A stretch of 64,000 nt of DNA. It comes from a virus. Taxonomy: Duplodnaviria; Caudoviricetes. The notes beneath the pieces were generated by a model that saw only the letters and a program-made list of their open reading frames with translations, was not told where the DNA came from and made no database searches. Positions within the stretch are counted from its first letter, which is position 1. Each line of letters begins with the position of its first letter. The translations under genes and the position numbers were made by a program. Where the stretch lies: the IMG/VR virus record IMGVR_UViG_3300049444_000051, positions 3,041 through 67,040 of that record. One strand, given 5' to 3'. Positions 17,927 through 27,478 of the stretch are shown piece after piece.

Positions 17927-18231
17927 TGCGCAAGGTTCTTCCAACCAGACGCCGCGCCGAGACTTTCGTGTTCGACCACGACACGCTTAAATTCACCGCC
18001 ACCATCGGGTATTACGGTAACGGACGCCCCGGCGAGATCTTTCTAAACTGCTCAAAGCTGGGTACCGGAGCCGACTCAAATGCCAGGGATGCCGCTATCG
18101 CGGTTAGCATCGCCCTGCAACACGGTGTGGAGATCGACACCCTGCGCAACGCCATGACCCGCAACTCAGATGGCAGCGCGTCATCGCCAATCGGGCATCT
18201 GCTCGATTTATTGCAAAAGGACAGCCGATGA
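17926..18231 (+). CDS. Stand-alone TSCPD domain protein (C-terminal domain of class II ribonucleotide reductase)
   Basis: LPTRRRAET...GRPGEIFL..K.G..ARDAAIAVSIALQHGV. Confidence 0.75.
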   Translation: MRKVLPTRRRAETFVFDHDTLKFTATIGYYGNGRPGEIFLNCSKLGTGADSNARDAAIAVSIALQHGVEIDTLRNAMTRNSDGSASSPIGHLLDLLQKDSR

Positions 18232-18629
18232 TCAACAGAGTCTGGCTTATGCGGGCGATGTGCCACGTATCGTCGGGCCAGTGCAAATGCGCAGACCGTG
18301 GTGGATCGGCCGACGACTATGACGCATGTCGAATTGTTTCCAGGCACGCTAACGCCATTATCGCAACCAAAGCCCGAGAGGAGGCTGAAATGAAAAAGTC
18401 CGCAAGTGAGCAGCTTGCTAACCTGAAATCGGCTTTCGTGGAGCACGACATCCCGTTCCATAAGACCAGTACTATTTATTGGGATCACGCAGGCCCACTG
18501 ATCACTTACACGGCCGGTCTTTTGCAAATTTCCAGTCTCAACCCTGAAATTCACACGAAGTGGCGCATGAGCCGCAGTGAGATGTTCATGGTTGGCGTGC
18601 GATTTATCAAGGCTGCGCTGTTTAGCTAA
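18228..18629 (+). CDS. Hypothetical protein
   Basis: ORF track. Confidence 0.55.
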   Translation: MINRVWLMRAMCHVSSGQCKCADRGGSADDYDACRIVSRHANAIIATKAREEAEMKKSASEQLANLKSAFVEHDIPFHKTSTIYWDHAGPLITYTAGLLQISSLNPEIHTKWRMSRSEMFMVGVRFIKAALFS

Positions 18630-18641
18630 TGGAGGAAACTA

Positions 18642-18965
18642 ATGTCCACAAGCTCAAATATGCGGCTGGCCGTTTCGCTTGGAAAAATGCAGGCTGCTAT
18701 CGAAGCGCTTGAATTACCCCACATCCGGCGAGGTGATCCCGACAGCCTGGAAGCGATAGGTTCGTACGCCTTGGAATTCGCCAGGATAATAGACGAGTAC
18801 TTCCTCGTCCTTGGCCAGGAGCTGGAAAATAATGCCCCTTGCAAGATCGGCATGAAGTGCTTTACCAACACGTTCACACGCGCAGTCGAGGGCTCCGCTG
18901 ATTTCGAGGCAAGACGAGCGGCCGACATTTTGAGGGAAGAGCTGGCAGAGGAGGAATGGAAATGA
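18642..18965 (+). CDS. Hypothetical protein
   Basis: ORF track; GGAGG RBS. Confidence 0.7.
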   Translation: MSTSSNMRLAVSLGKMQAAIEALELPHIRRGDPDSLEAIGSYALEFARIIDEYFLVLGQELENNAPCKIGMKCFTNTFTRAVEGSADFEARRAADILREELAEEEWK

Positions 18966-19228
18966 CAAATAATCCTTACGCCCCAATCCTCGAAGCCTTC
19001 CCGGCCGATGTCGAGGTCACGCGCTACGATGATCGGGTGGAATTCAGGATTGCTGGCGAGAGCAAAAGTGCTGTCATCGCCGAGACGGAACGCATCAGCA
19101 GCATATGTGCTGGCAAGGCTCCAATGGCGGAAGGCCGCCCTTATTTGAGATTTTTAGGCCCGGTATCGTGGGGTATCAAGGGGGCCGAAGAATACGTTGT
19201 GTATGGCGAGCTACGACTTGTTACTTAG
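18962..19228 (+). CDS. Hypothetical protein (last gene of the rightward operon)
   Basis: ORF track; GAGGA RBS. Confidence 0.65.
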   Translation: MTNNPYAPILEAFPADVEVTRYDDRVEFRIAGESKSAVIAETERISSICAGKAPMAEGRPYLRFLGPVSWGIKGAEEYVVYGELRLVT

Positions 19229-19959
19229 TTTATCGGGAACGCGGTTGTCGGCGGCGTAAAATTGGACGAGTACCGGCCAACCCCCTGCGTCCAACGATAA
19301 GCACCAATCCAGCCGCTATAAGGACGACTCCCTGCACCTTGCCCACCAAGCCCATAGAAAGAGCCAGCACTCTGCGCTTGAGACACCGTGCTAGTTGTAG
19401 CTCCCGCAATCCCGCCGATGAACATTCGGCATGTGGTTCCGTCCCGGCAAATAGCGAGATGGTACCAAGTCAACGTCGATGGGGACCATGAGTTTGAAAA
19501 ATGTCCACCTGAATCCCAATTAAACCAATCCAAGGAACCGCCAGAATAACGTAAAAACGATCCTCCCGCACCAGGGTTAGCCCCATTCGTGAATAATACC
19601 TGATCTCCAGCAGTCGAGTTGAACATAAACCAGCCTTCGTGCGTAAAAGCCGTTCCTTGCGCCCAATCTGCGGATGAATTATTTGCTGCGAGCCAGTCGT
19701 TTGAACCATCGAAGAAAGCTGCTGATGTTCCGAATTTGAATTGTGCCGTATCGGTTATTGTACCACTTGCAGTCATCGCATGCGCCGACGTACTCAAATC
19801 AGTAAACGTCGTGCCGTTATCTGCCCCCTGCATATCTAGCAGCAACTTAACCGATGAAAAGCTTGGATCAGCAGGAGCGTTGGGCTTGCCATGATGTTTA
19901 CGGGCAGTAGCAGCGGCGTGCTTCGCTCGTGATCTACGCCGATAAAGTTCCAGTCTCAT
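19225..19959 (-). CDS. LamG/ConA-like lectin domain virion protein
   Basis: VKLLLDMQG..FTDLS..QFKFGTS..FDG..FTHEGWF..WYHLAICRDG..GVGRYSSNFTPPT. Confidence 0.8.
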   Translation of the reverse strand: MRLELYRRRSRAKHAAATARKHHGKPNAPADPSFSSVKLLLDMQGADNGTTFTDLSTSAHAMTASGTITDTAQFKFGTSAAFFDGSNDWLAANNSSADWAQGTAFTHEGWFMFNSTAGDQVLFTNGANPGAGGSFLRYSGGSLDWFNWDSGGHFSNSWSPSTLTWYHLAICRDGTTCRMFIGGIAGATTSTVSQAQSAGSFYGLGGQGAGSRPYSGWIGAYRWTQGVGRYSSNFTPPTTAFPIN

Positions 19960-20606
19960 GTGAAGTTGCCTATCCCGATGGCGGTGACATTAGAACCAGT
20001 TGTGATTTTCCAAGCCCCACTGGTGGAAATGATGGCAAGCGGCACATAAATCGGCGCTAGATCGGCAAGCGCAGTGGTGCCGCCTCCTGCGAAGATGGAG
20101 ATCGAAGAACCAGAGCCATCCTTGATGGACACCGCACCAGCGGCGGTCGTGCCTGGGACGATAAGCACCGCTTCCAGGTAGTCCCCGGTCGCACCAGCAG
20201 CACCAAGCGCTTGATCGGTCTGCGAAGCGGCCACTGTCTCGTATTCACCAGCCGTGACGTTGGCCGAGTCGGTGTGAAGCGTGTTAAGCTGTGCAGTGAC
20301 CGTACGTAGTTTTGCAGAAACACTACCCGTGGAGCCTTGCGTTGCAGCAGCATCGCCGGTCGCACCTAGTGTCGTGTTGCCAGTGTCTTGCTTTGCCTCA
20401 GTGGCAGGCGCAGTAATTATCTTCGCCAGGATCGAGGTCAGGCGCGCGATCTCGGTCGTCTGGTTGGCGGCAGAAGCATCACCGCCACCGCCATCCCCAC
20501 CGAGACTGGCTGGAGCACCATCTTCTCCGACAACAAGGACTGGCGTTGCCATGACTGGATCGTATCCGGTCGGACCTTTGATAACGGGGAGCACTGCATC
20601 TACCAT
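19956..20606 (-). CDS. Virion fibre/spike-associated protein
   Basis: Ala/Thr/Gly-rich stalk plus beta-rich C-terminus, between two LamG genes. Confidence 0.6.
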   Translation of the reverse strand: MVDAVLPVIKGPTGYDPVMATPVLVVGEDGAPASLGGDGGGGDASAANQTTEIARLTSILAKIITAPATEAKQDTGNTTLGATGDAAATQGSTGSVSAKLRTVTAQLNTLHTDSANVTAGEYETVAASQTDQALGAAGATGDYLEAVLIVPGTTAAGAVSIKDGSGSSISIFAGGGTTALADLAPIYVPLAIISTSGAWKITTGSNVTAIGIGNFT

Positions 20607-20620
20607 AGGTTGTCTCCTTT

Positions 20621-22234
20621 TTAACTAGTCGGGAACGCGGTTGTCGGCGGCGTAAAATTGGACGAGTACCGGCCAACCCCCTTAGTCCATCGATATGCCC
20701 CAATCCAACCATTAAATGGACGACTGGAACCCCCCTGCAAGCCTAAGCGGTAGAATGTGCTGCCACTGAGAGTCTGCGATGCTGTGCTGGTCGTAGCTTG
20801 GGCAACACCATCTATAAACATACGGCATGTAGTGCCATCACGAGAAATCGCGAGGTGATACCAGACACCGGTTGACGGCGACCATGAATTCGAGAAATGC
20901 CCGCCTGAACTCCAATTAAACCAATCCAGCGATCCTCCGGTATAGCGTAAGAACGCTCCGTTACCTCCAGGATTCGCACCGTTGCTAAACAGCACCTGAT
21001 CGCCAGAAGTCGAGTTGAACATATACCAGCCTTCATACGTGAAGGCAGTACCTTGATCCCAATCCGAAGATGACGACTCGACCGCCAGCACATCGTCAGT
21101 GCCATCGAACTTGGCAGACGATGTCCCGAATTTGAATTGCGACGTATCGGTGTGAGTGTTGGTACCGCTCACCGTCATGGTGTGAGCGGAACTGCTGAGG
21201 TCGGTAAATGTGGTTCCGTTGTTGGTACCCTGCATATCCAATAGCAGCTTGACCGACGCAAAACTAGGATCACCGACAGCGGTACCGACAGCAGGAGCAT
21301 CGCCTACCCCACTGGCAGCACCAGCGGACGCAGCAGTCAATGCACCAACAGCCGAAGCAGCGCCTGTACCACTGGCAGAACCAATAGCTACACCAGAATC
21401 GGATGGCGCGGAAGCAGCGCCTACCCCACTGGCAGCACCAGCAGATGCAACAGTCGAGACACCCACAGCAGTAGCAGCGCCTGTACCGCTGGATGCGCCG
21501 ACAGACGCAGTAGTTGAAACGCTAACTGCGAGAGCTTCTCCAATTCCAGCGGCAATTCCGGCACCAATAGGCTCAGCACCCAATGTCGGAAGATCAGCAT
21601 CGGAAACCGGGGCATACATCCTAATTTTTGTAATGACCGTAGCGGAAGTGGTTGCGAGTGAAAAACCAACCGCATCGGCAGGCACGTCGATACGTGGATT
21701 AGCCTTTGCCGTAGTCGTAACACCATTAACCGATAATGCCATATTAGTTGTACTTAGTGTCATATTGGCATTATTAACACCCGTCGCGGTCATCCCTGGC
21801 AAGTGATCGAAAATATCGTCAAAATCGGCGATTTTAGTCTGGGTAGAAGGATCGACTTGCACATCGATAGTCAGTCCAGTCGTAAACGCCGGATCATCAA
21901 ATATCTGCACTTCAAGTCGCGGTGTCAGTCCACTGGCAGTCGTCATATCCCAGCGGACAGAGGTCCCTGCGAGAAAAGTATCAAGCGCAGGCCCAATAAA
22001 TCCACCCTCGACTGGGGCACGCAATCCGGTTCCAGCTAGAATACGACTAGCATCGAATGGCCCAAAAAAGCCATTGCTATCAATCAAGTCAGTTATGGCA
22101 ACAGATACACCGTCAACTGTGTAAACCTCGTTGAAGAAATCCATAACAATAAGAGACCCAACTGGCGCAGGTGGCTCTTCTACAAGAACCGCAGCAGCCT
22201 GCGAAGCTATAATGCCAAGTACGCTAAGCGACAT
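20621..22234 (-). CDS. Tail fibre-like protein: beta-rich N-domain, 20-aa Ala/Gly repeats, C-terminal LamG domain
   Basis: GAASGVGAASA repeats; C-terminal domain paralogous to 19225..19959. Confidence 0.75.
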   Translation of the reverse strand: MSLSVLGIIASQAAAVLVEEPPAPVGSLIVMDFFNEVYTVDGVSVAITDLIDSNGFFGPFDASRILAGTGLRAPVEGGFIGPALDTFLAGTSVRWDMTTASGLTPRLEVQIFDDPAFTTGLTIDVQVDPSTQTKIADFDDIFDHLPGMTATGVNNANMTLSTTNMALSVNGVTTTAKANPRIDVPADAVGFSLATTSATVITKIRMYAPVSDADLPTLGAEPIGAGIAAGIGEALAVSVSTTASVGASSGTGAATAVGVSTVASAGAASGVGAASAPSDSGVAIGSASGTGAASAVGALTAASAGAASGVGDAPAVGTAVGDPSFASVKLLLDMQGTNNGTTFTDLSSSAHTMTVSGTNTHTDTSQFKFGTSSAKFDGTDDVLAVESSSSDWDQGTAFTYEGWYMFNSTSGDQVLFSNGANPGGNGAFLRYTGGSLDWFNWSSGGHFSNSWSPSTGVWYHLAISRDGTTCRMFIDGVAQATTSTASQTLSGSTFYRLGLQGGSSRPFNGWIGAYRWTKGVGRYSSNFTPPTTAFPTS

Positions 22235-22236
22235 AT

Positions 22237-22962
22237 TTAAGAGCCTGTAATCGGATCGAGCAACCCAAATACATCCCATTCGTCATCGTCAACTTTCCTT
22301 ATGGCTATAACCGCCCCCTTCTTGCTAGCTACTAAATCAAAATCGTCTTCTGGATAATTGATAGTTACCCCGCCAGTTTCAGGAACAAACGTCATAGACA
22401 TCCCAGACACGCCAAGCCTGTATTCAATAACAGTTCCGATCACATGATCGGCGGTCGCATCGGAAAGTATGGTGATTTCTGTGCCGGTTGATGAATTGCA
22501 ACGCACATACTTTTCAGCGTGGGCTAGGATTGTTGTGATTGCATCAGAAGTGGTCTTGATTATCCCGGTATTGGGCTGGGTGAGCGAAAAGATGAAGCTA
22601 TAATAAGAGTGCCCCATGCCGTCGTTGGCACCGGCATCAAAAGGTGTAGCTGTCGTGTGATCGAATATCGTAAGCCAAAAACTACCATCCGCAGTGAACA
22701 CATCGCCAGTTAAGTACGTCAAGCCATTTGCGAACTCACCACGCGGCCTCCAGCTAGAAGTCGGTACTGTCACGGTAAAAGTCGTGTAGTCAGTCAGGGT
22801 AATCGTCATCTGATTACCGACGACCGTTATGTCATCGATGCTCGCCGCTACTGGCGGATTGTCCTCAATCGCTGTTATGCGCCCGTCGAGATCATCGGTG
22901 TTTCCATCACCCTCGTCGGCGGTGAGGTTGCGGGATAGATCGCGGCGACGAACTAAGACCAT
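22237..22962 (-). CDS. Tail fibre adaptor/proximal protein
   Basis: WRPRGEF..TYLTGDVFT motif; position in the tail tip module. Confidence 0.55.
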   Translation of the reverse strand: MVLVRRRDLSRNLTADEGDGNTDDLDGRITAIEDNPPVAASIDDITVVGNQMTITLTDYTTFTVTVPTSSWRPRGEFANGLTYLTGDVFTADGSFWLTIFDHTTATPFDAGANDGMGHSYYSFIFSLTQPNTGIIKTTSDAITTILAHAEKYVRCNSSTGTEITILSDATADHVIGTVIEYRLGVSGMSMTFVPETGGVTINYPEDDFDLVASKKGAVIAIRKVDDDEWDVFGLLDPITGS

Positions 22963-22988
22963 ATTATGTACCTGTCCACAAGTTATAC

Positions 22989-24158
22989 TTAGTCACGTTT
23001 CATAAACAAAGTTACACTGATGGACCCCGGTGCCAGTTCGGCCCCAGGTGCGGCTTCTAGCTCTGCGTGATCGATACTCCACGTCGATCCATCAAAATCA
23101 GCAGTAATACCAGTCGCATCTACTATGACGCTTTCACCCGTTTCCACTAAAGTATTACCATAGACGCCACGGATATTACCGATAATCACTTCGGCATCAC
23201 TGGGGAAGGCCACACAACGAGGTCCTTGACCATCACCTAGGATACCTTGCAACTGGATCGTACCGAAAGCCGCGGGAATAACTGTTTGTACGAACTCCAT
23301 AAATAGCCGTTCAAATGGATCAAATGTAAAGACAGTATCGCTAATACTAGGTTCTCCGTGGACAGTCACGCCTTCCAGCGGAGTAGAATACGGTCCTTCT
23401 ATACGCAAGACAGAATCGTACCCGGTGCTGATAGTGACCGTCCCCGGCTCAATTATGTCAGGATCTTCACATGACTCGCCTGGAACACCGCCAGAATCAA
23501 CAACCCCAAACCACTGCCAACCTAAACTGAGACTCGCTGAACCCCACTTTATGTTGACAGGCTCCTGCACAGGATCAAACCTCCAAGAAGGATCAAAACC
23601 TTCATCGGGATCTGTATCAACTGGTGCATCGGCTTGGTCAAATTCAACATCGTTCCAATCAAGCAGCCATATCTCTTTATTGTAAGTAGGTCCTGAACCT
23701 GTTTTCAGAGTCACCTCGTCAGTACGCTTGATGTCAATCCAAGAATCTCTCGAATGCCCCTCTTCTGTACCTTTGATCCTGACTGTATGAGTCTTTCGGA
23801 TTGGTAGAGCTTCATCGTCATCAGTTCTTGATAGTGCATGAATACGTTTCTGATAAATGAACCCCCGCCCGGTCTTAGTCGAGAACTCATCGATAATCTC
23901 TACGTCAACCTTTTGATTAGGGTCATCACTATCACTGGGATCGGGGGAACCATCAGGCATTTTAGCTTTATGCGTAATGGTCTTTGTATGGATATGTCTA
24001 GTCGTGTTTGGTGAGTCATTCAAAAATGACAAAATATGCTTTTTATAAATTTCACCTTGTCCATGTGTGAGCGTCAATTCATCGACAATCCGCACAGGAA
24101 TATACTGATTGGCGTTATCCGGGTTCTTGATATGCTTTATGCGTCCGGCTTTAGGCAT
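22989..24158 (-). CDS. Minor tail protein with three internal repeats
   Basis: Repeats of the form I-x-DE-x-T-x-x-x-G-x-G-x-x-Y-x-K; position. Confidence 0.55.
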   Translation of the reverse strand: MPKAGRIKHIKNPDNANQYIPVRIVDELTLTHGQGEIYKKHILSFLNDSPNTTRHIHTKTITHKAKMPDGSPDPSDSDDPNQKVDVEIIDEFSTKTGRGFIYQKRIHALSRTDDDEALPIRKTHTVRIKGTEEGHSRDSWIDIKRTDEVTLKTGSGPTYNKEIWLLDWNDVEFDQADAPVDTDPDEGFDPSWRFDPVQEPVNIKWGSASLSLGWQWFGVVDSGGVPGESCEDPDIIEPGTVTISTGYDSVLRIEGPYSTPLEGVTVHGEPSISDTVFTFDPFERLFMEFVQTVIPAAFGTIQLQGILGDGQGPRCVAFPSDAEVIIGNIRGVYGNTLVETGESVIVDATGITADFDGSTWSIDHAELEAAPGAELAPGSISVTLFMKRD

Positions 24159-24172
24159 GGAGAAGAACTACT

Positions 24173-24400
24173 CTAAGGGGGGGAAGCAAATGCGCTACTT
24201 TGTAAAGCTTGCTCTTTAAGTTTAGTATCCATATAAAGTGTGGTTGTTATACTAACGCTACCACTCAGAGACTTTCCACTACCGCCTTTTCCTGGCGTCA
24301 GAATAGTATTTTTAGGCTGAGACGCAAACGTACTAGGAATCCGTCTGGCTGGCGTTACATCCTGCGTCTGGAACGGACGTACTATACGTTCTATGGGCAT
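24173..24400 (-). CDS. Small tail protein
   Basis: ORF track; coupled to the tail tip gene. Confidence 0.6.
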   Translation of the reverse strand: MPIERIVRPFQTQDVTPARRIPSTFASQPKNTILTPGKGGSGKSLSGSVSITTTLYMDTKLKEQALQSSAFASPP

Positions 24401-27000
24401 TACACGGCCAGTGCTGCTAGATCGATTTGTTTAGGGGGCTTCAACACAGTCGTTTCTATATCGTATTGGTAAGAGAAATTACCACCTAGTGAAACGAGTT
24501 CGATTTCATACCAACGGGGCACTTTCGCAAGCTCACCTGATACAGAGGTTTTACTTAGCTGCTGTCTTGAGAACTCGTTTGCAATAGATTGTTGCACACT
24601 GGACCCCTCCGGTAGTTGCGCGAGAGCGACCTGTGCAGCTAGCCCTGTATTAATAGCTGTAACTTGCTCTGCTAGGCTTGCTCCACGCACCCCCGGTTGC
24701 CCTACAACACTTTGACTATCAGAAAGCGGAAAGACCAGCTTATCATCGACTGCTTTATACACCGGACGTGAGTAACCAATGTCCCCTGTATCGAGAGCGA
24801 GCGTGCCTCCTTCTTCCGCATAATAAGCATCTATGTAATCGTCTATATAGACATTTTCACCTTCCACGTCCTCAACCGTACCTCCATTTCCCACAGAGCA
24901 GGCTATGGTGATAGTACCAAATCTCCTTCCACCGTCTACTGTGAGTACACAGCTAACGATCTTGCCGTAGGCTCCCAGGTCACCAGGGATGCGCCGGTCG
25001 AACAGCCAGCCATTCTTGCGCAAAGTAATTGGCACCGCACGCGCGAATGGTACGTCGAAGGTTATCCTGACAGCCCGAGAAGCTGCCAGCAACTTAGCAC
25101 GTCCAAAATTAAGTAAATACTTTATGCTGTCTTGTCCACGATCACTGGCAAAATAAGAAGACGAAGATAGATCTCCAATGGCAGGGCCAATCATTACCCC
25201 GCTAGTACCTAGGCTTGTCCAGACTACCGTGTTGTCATTAGTTGTAGCTCCAGAAGTGGTACCGAAAACGGGCTCTAATAGGCCCGTCGTTCCTGGAGTT
25301 GTGCATAGCTGAAGTGCGGCACTTCCAGGTAAGACAGGCCCCAACGAAACCCAAGTAACTGTGTTGTCAGCAGTGGTAGCCCCACGAGTATCATTGAAAT
25401 TAGGCTCTATAATCCCGGTGGTGCCCGCTGTTCGCACCTGCTGAAAGCTGGCACCATTGCGCCGCTTGAGGATCAAGCCCTCAGGGACTGCCACGCCAGC
25501 TACAGGCGGTGGAACCGGTGGGATAATGGTATCCCAGAGCGTGAAACGAGGAGGCTTCGGTAAAATCCTCTGCCCAGTCGTAGTGATAGCATTGGGTAGC
25601 CAGTCTGGGGTTTCATTTAATGCCGTATCCCCCATCGCAACCCAGATCACGGTGCCATCGGTTGTAGCGACTCCAAATGTGTCACTGAACTCTGGCTCAA
25701 TCAGTCCGGCAGTTCCGGCTTGAATAGCTACCTGGAAAACAGACGCAGTAAATTCAGTATCCACAACAATGACGGTACCAATAACAACCGGCTTTCCCTT
25801 TATCGAAAGCCAGTTCAAGGCGTTGATCATCGGCTGACCAACATCGTTACCGCTCTTGGAAATGACCTCCGGTTGTCCAGATTCTTCTATCTGCAAATCC
25901 GACCTCAAGGTGAAACGAAGCCGTTCTGTCCTATCCCTGGCGGCTTTGTAAGCTAAATGCATCGATCCGCTAACTGTCCATAACGGGACTGTTACCGATG
26001 TAGTTCTTAAAGAAGCAGCCCTGTTTACCTGTGGATCGGAGTAAGGATCTAATAACCCGATTACTTCCTGATGCGTGAGTTCAGCAGTTATCCCGCTCGC
26101 TGAAGGTATTGTGACCGCTGTATCAACTAACAATGTATCCCCATTGATATGTTCTTTTTCATGATTCTCCCATTTTGCGTGCAATGAAATAGAAGTAGAA
26201 TCTGCAATATGGTTTGTATCATTGACAACAGACGAAGTAACCGTCCAACCATCCCCCAAGGTAGCCAACGGCTTTGGCCAATCTCCAATAAATCCATCCC
26301 CTGTATACGTTTGGAATATGCCAGTTTCAATAAACGTGCCACCTTCAGCCGACTGTGTCCAACCCACATCTGCAATGATCTGCACAACACTCTGCGGATT
26401 CTGATTGATCTCCTCTTTAACGCTATTATACGGTACTTCATCGTCGTCAATCAGAAAGACCTCTACCCCATCCTCCCCTACGATGATATCTGATGTAGTA
26501 ACTTCAAGCCTGATTGGATCAACGTGCCATAATCTTGGGTAACCCTCCAACACAGTATTAGGATCGTCGGCTTTGTTGGCATCAATGAAGACACGATCAT
26601 AATTCGGAAGTGTCTTTAGAGTCTCTGCAATATCCTGCATCTGCTCTTCTTGGTCAGACGCCTTACAATCAAACTGGTAAGTGATGCGCTCCCCAATCAG
26701 ATCGTTTGGAATAGGAATTAACTTACCAAAACATATAGGTACAATCTCATCAATAGCTTCTATGTCATTTTCTTCGTCAGCAGGTTCTATACGATGATAC
26801 GATACCCAAGCCCACTGTTTTCGCCCAGGAGCAAGCGGGCCTTCCAAGGGATTTCTGAAAACAATGGTGAACTTCGGGTTTTCCCCCTCGTTGTGCTCAC
26901 GGCTAAAAGACTTGACCGTGACCTCGTCTTCACGAAAGTACTCAGGCAGGAATACGTTATCCTCCTCGTTAACCCATGCAAATCCAAACGCAATATACAC
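24400..27000 (-). CDS. Tail tip/hub protein with three GT.G..EP.F...G.TT.D.TV.W modules
   Basis: 866 aa, downstream of the distal tail gene. Confidence 0.7.
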   Translation of the reverse strand: MYIAFGFAWVNEEDNVFLPEYFREDEVTVKSFSREHNEGENPKFTIVFRNPLEGPLAPGRKQWAWVSYHRIEPADEENDIEAIDEIVPICFGKLIPIPNDLIGERITYQFDCKASDQEEQMQDIAETLKTLPNYDRVFIDANKADDPNTVLEGYPRLWHVDPIRLEVTTSDIIVGEDGVEVFLIDDDEVPYNSVKEEINQNPQSVVQIIADVGWTQSAEGGTFIETGIFQTYTGDGFIGDWPKPLATLGDGWTVTSSVVNDTNHIADSTSISLHAKWENHEKEHINGDTLLVDTAVTIPSASGITAELTHQEVIGLLDPYSDPQVNRAASLRTTSVTVPLWTVSGSMHLAYKAARDRTERLRFTLRSDLQIEESGQPEVISKSGNDVGQPMINALNWLSIKGKPVVIGTVIVVDTEFTASVFQVAIQAGTAGLIEPEFSDTFGVATTDGTVIWVAMGDTALNETPDWLPNAITTTGQRILPKPPRFTLWDTIIPPVPPPVAGVAVPEGLILKRRNGASFQQVRTAGTTGIIEPNFNDTRGATTADNTVTWVSLGPVLPGSAALQLCTTPGTTGLLEPVFGTTSGATTNDNTVVWTSLGTSGVMIGPAIGDLSSSSYFASDRGQDSIKYLLNFGRAKLLAASRAVRITFDVPFARAVPITLRKNGWLFDRRIPGDLGAYGKIVSCVLTVDGGRRFGTITIACSVGNGGTVEDVEGENVYIDDYIDAYYAEEGGTLALDTGDIGYSRPVYKAVDDKLVFPLSDSQSVVGQPGVRGASLAEQVTAINTGLAAQVALAQLPEGSSVQQSIANEFSRQQLSKTSVSGELAKVPRWYEIELVSLGGNFSYQYDIETTVLKPPKQIDLAALAV

Positions 27001-27003
27001 GAC

Positions 27004-27477
27004 TTAAGAATCCCCATCGAAGTCTGGCACTTCTCGTAAGCTAATTCTCCAATTGTATTTAGCTCCATACTCATCGAAATCGGAGCTAAGACCAAGGATA
27101 ACCATCCTCATTGATGGCCGATAAAATATGAAGTCACCTTCTGTACGGGAAGAACCGGTAACCACTGCGCGTCCCGGAAATCCATCCGCTACCGGATATG
27201 AAAGCTCCTTGCAACACTCAACGTCTACCTGCATTCCCGGCCATAGGTTGTCGAACGAAGGCTCCTCAAAATCAGAGCAGGATATTTCGGATTGATACAG
27301 CCTGAACTGTATGTAAGAAAAATCGATAGGACGCGCATTCCAGGAAAGTTCAACCTGATTTGACTCCGCAATTGGGTCCAACGTCTGGCTGAGCCCTCGC
27401 GCAGAGTACTTCGTTATGAGCGGAGTACCTTCCGTCGTGGATATCTTCAGCAGAGTACCTGTTGTGTTTAGGGGCAT
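27004..27477 (-). CDS. Distal tail protein (putative)
   Basis: 157 aa directly after the tape measure. Confidence 0.6.
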   Translation of the reverse strand: MPLNTTGTLLKISTTEGTPLITKYSARGLSQTLDPIAESNQVELSWNARPIDFSYIQFRLYQSEISCSDFEEPSFDNLWPGMQVDVECCKELSYPVADGFPGRAVVTGSSRTEGDFIFYRPSMRMVILGLSSDFDEYGAKYNWRISLREVPDFDGDS

Positions 27478-27478
27478 A

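Noticed and set aside
19225-21275. Diversity-generating retroelement (template/variable repeat) in the duplicated LamG domains
   Set aside because: No reverse transcriptase is in the window, and differences are not confined to adenines
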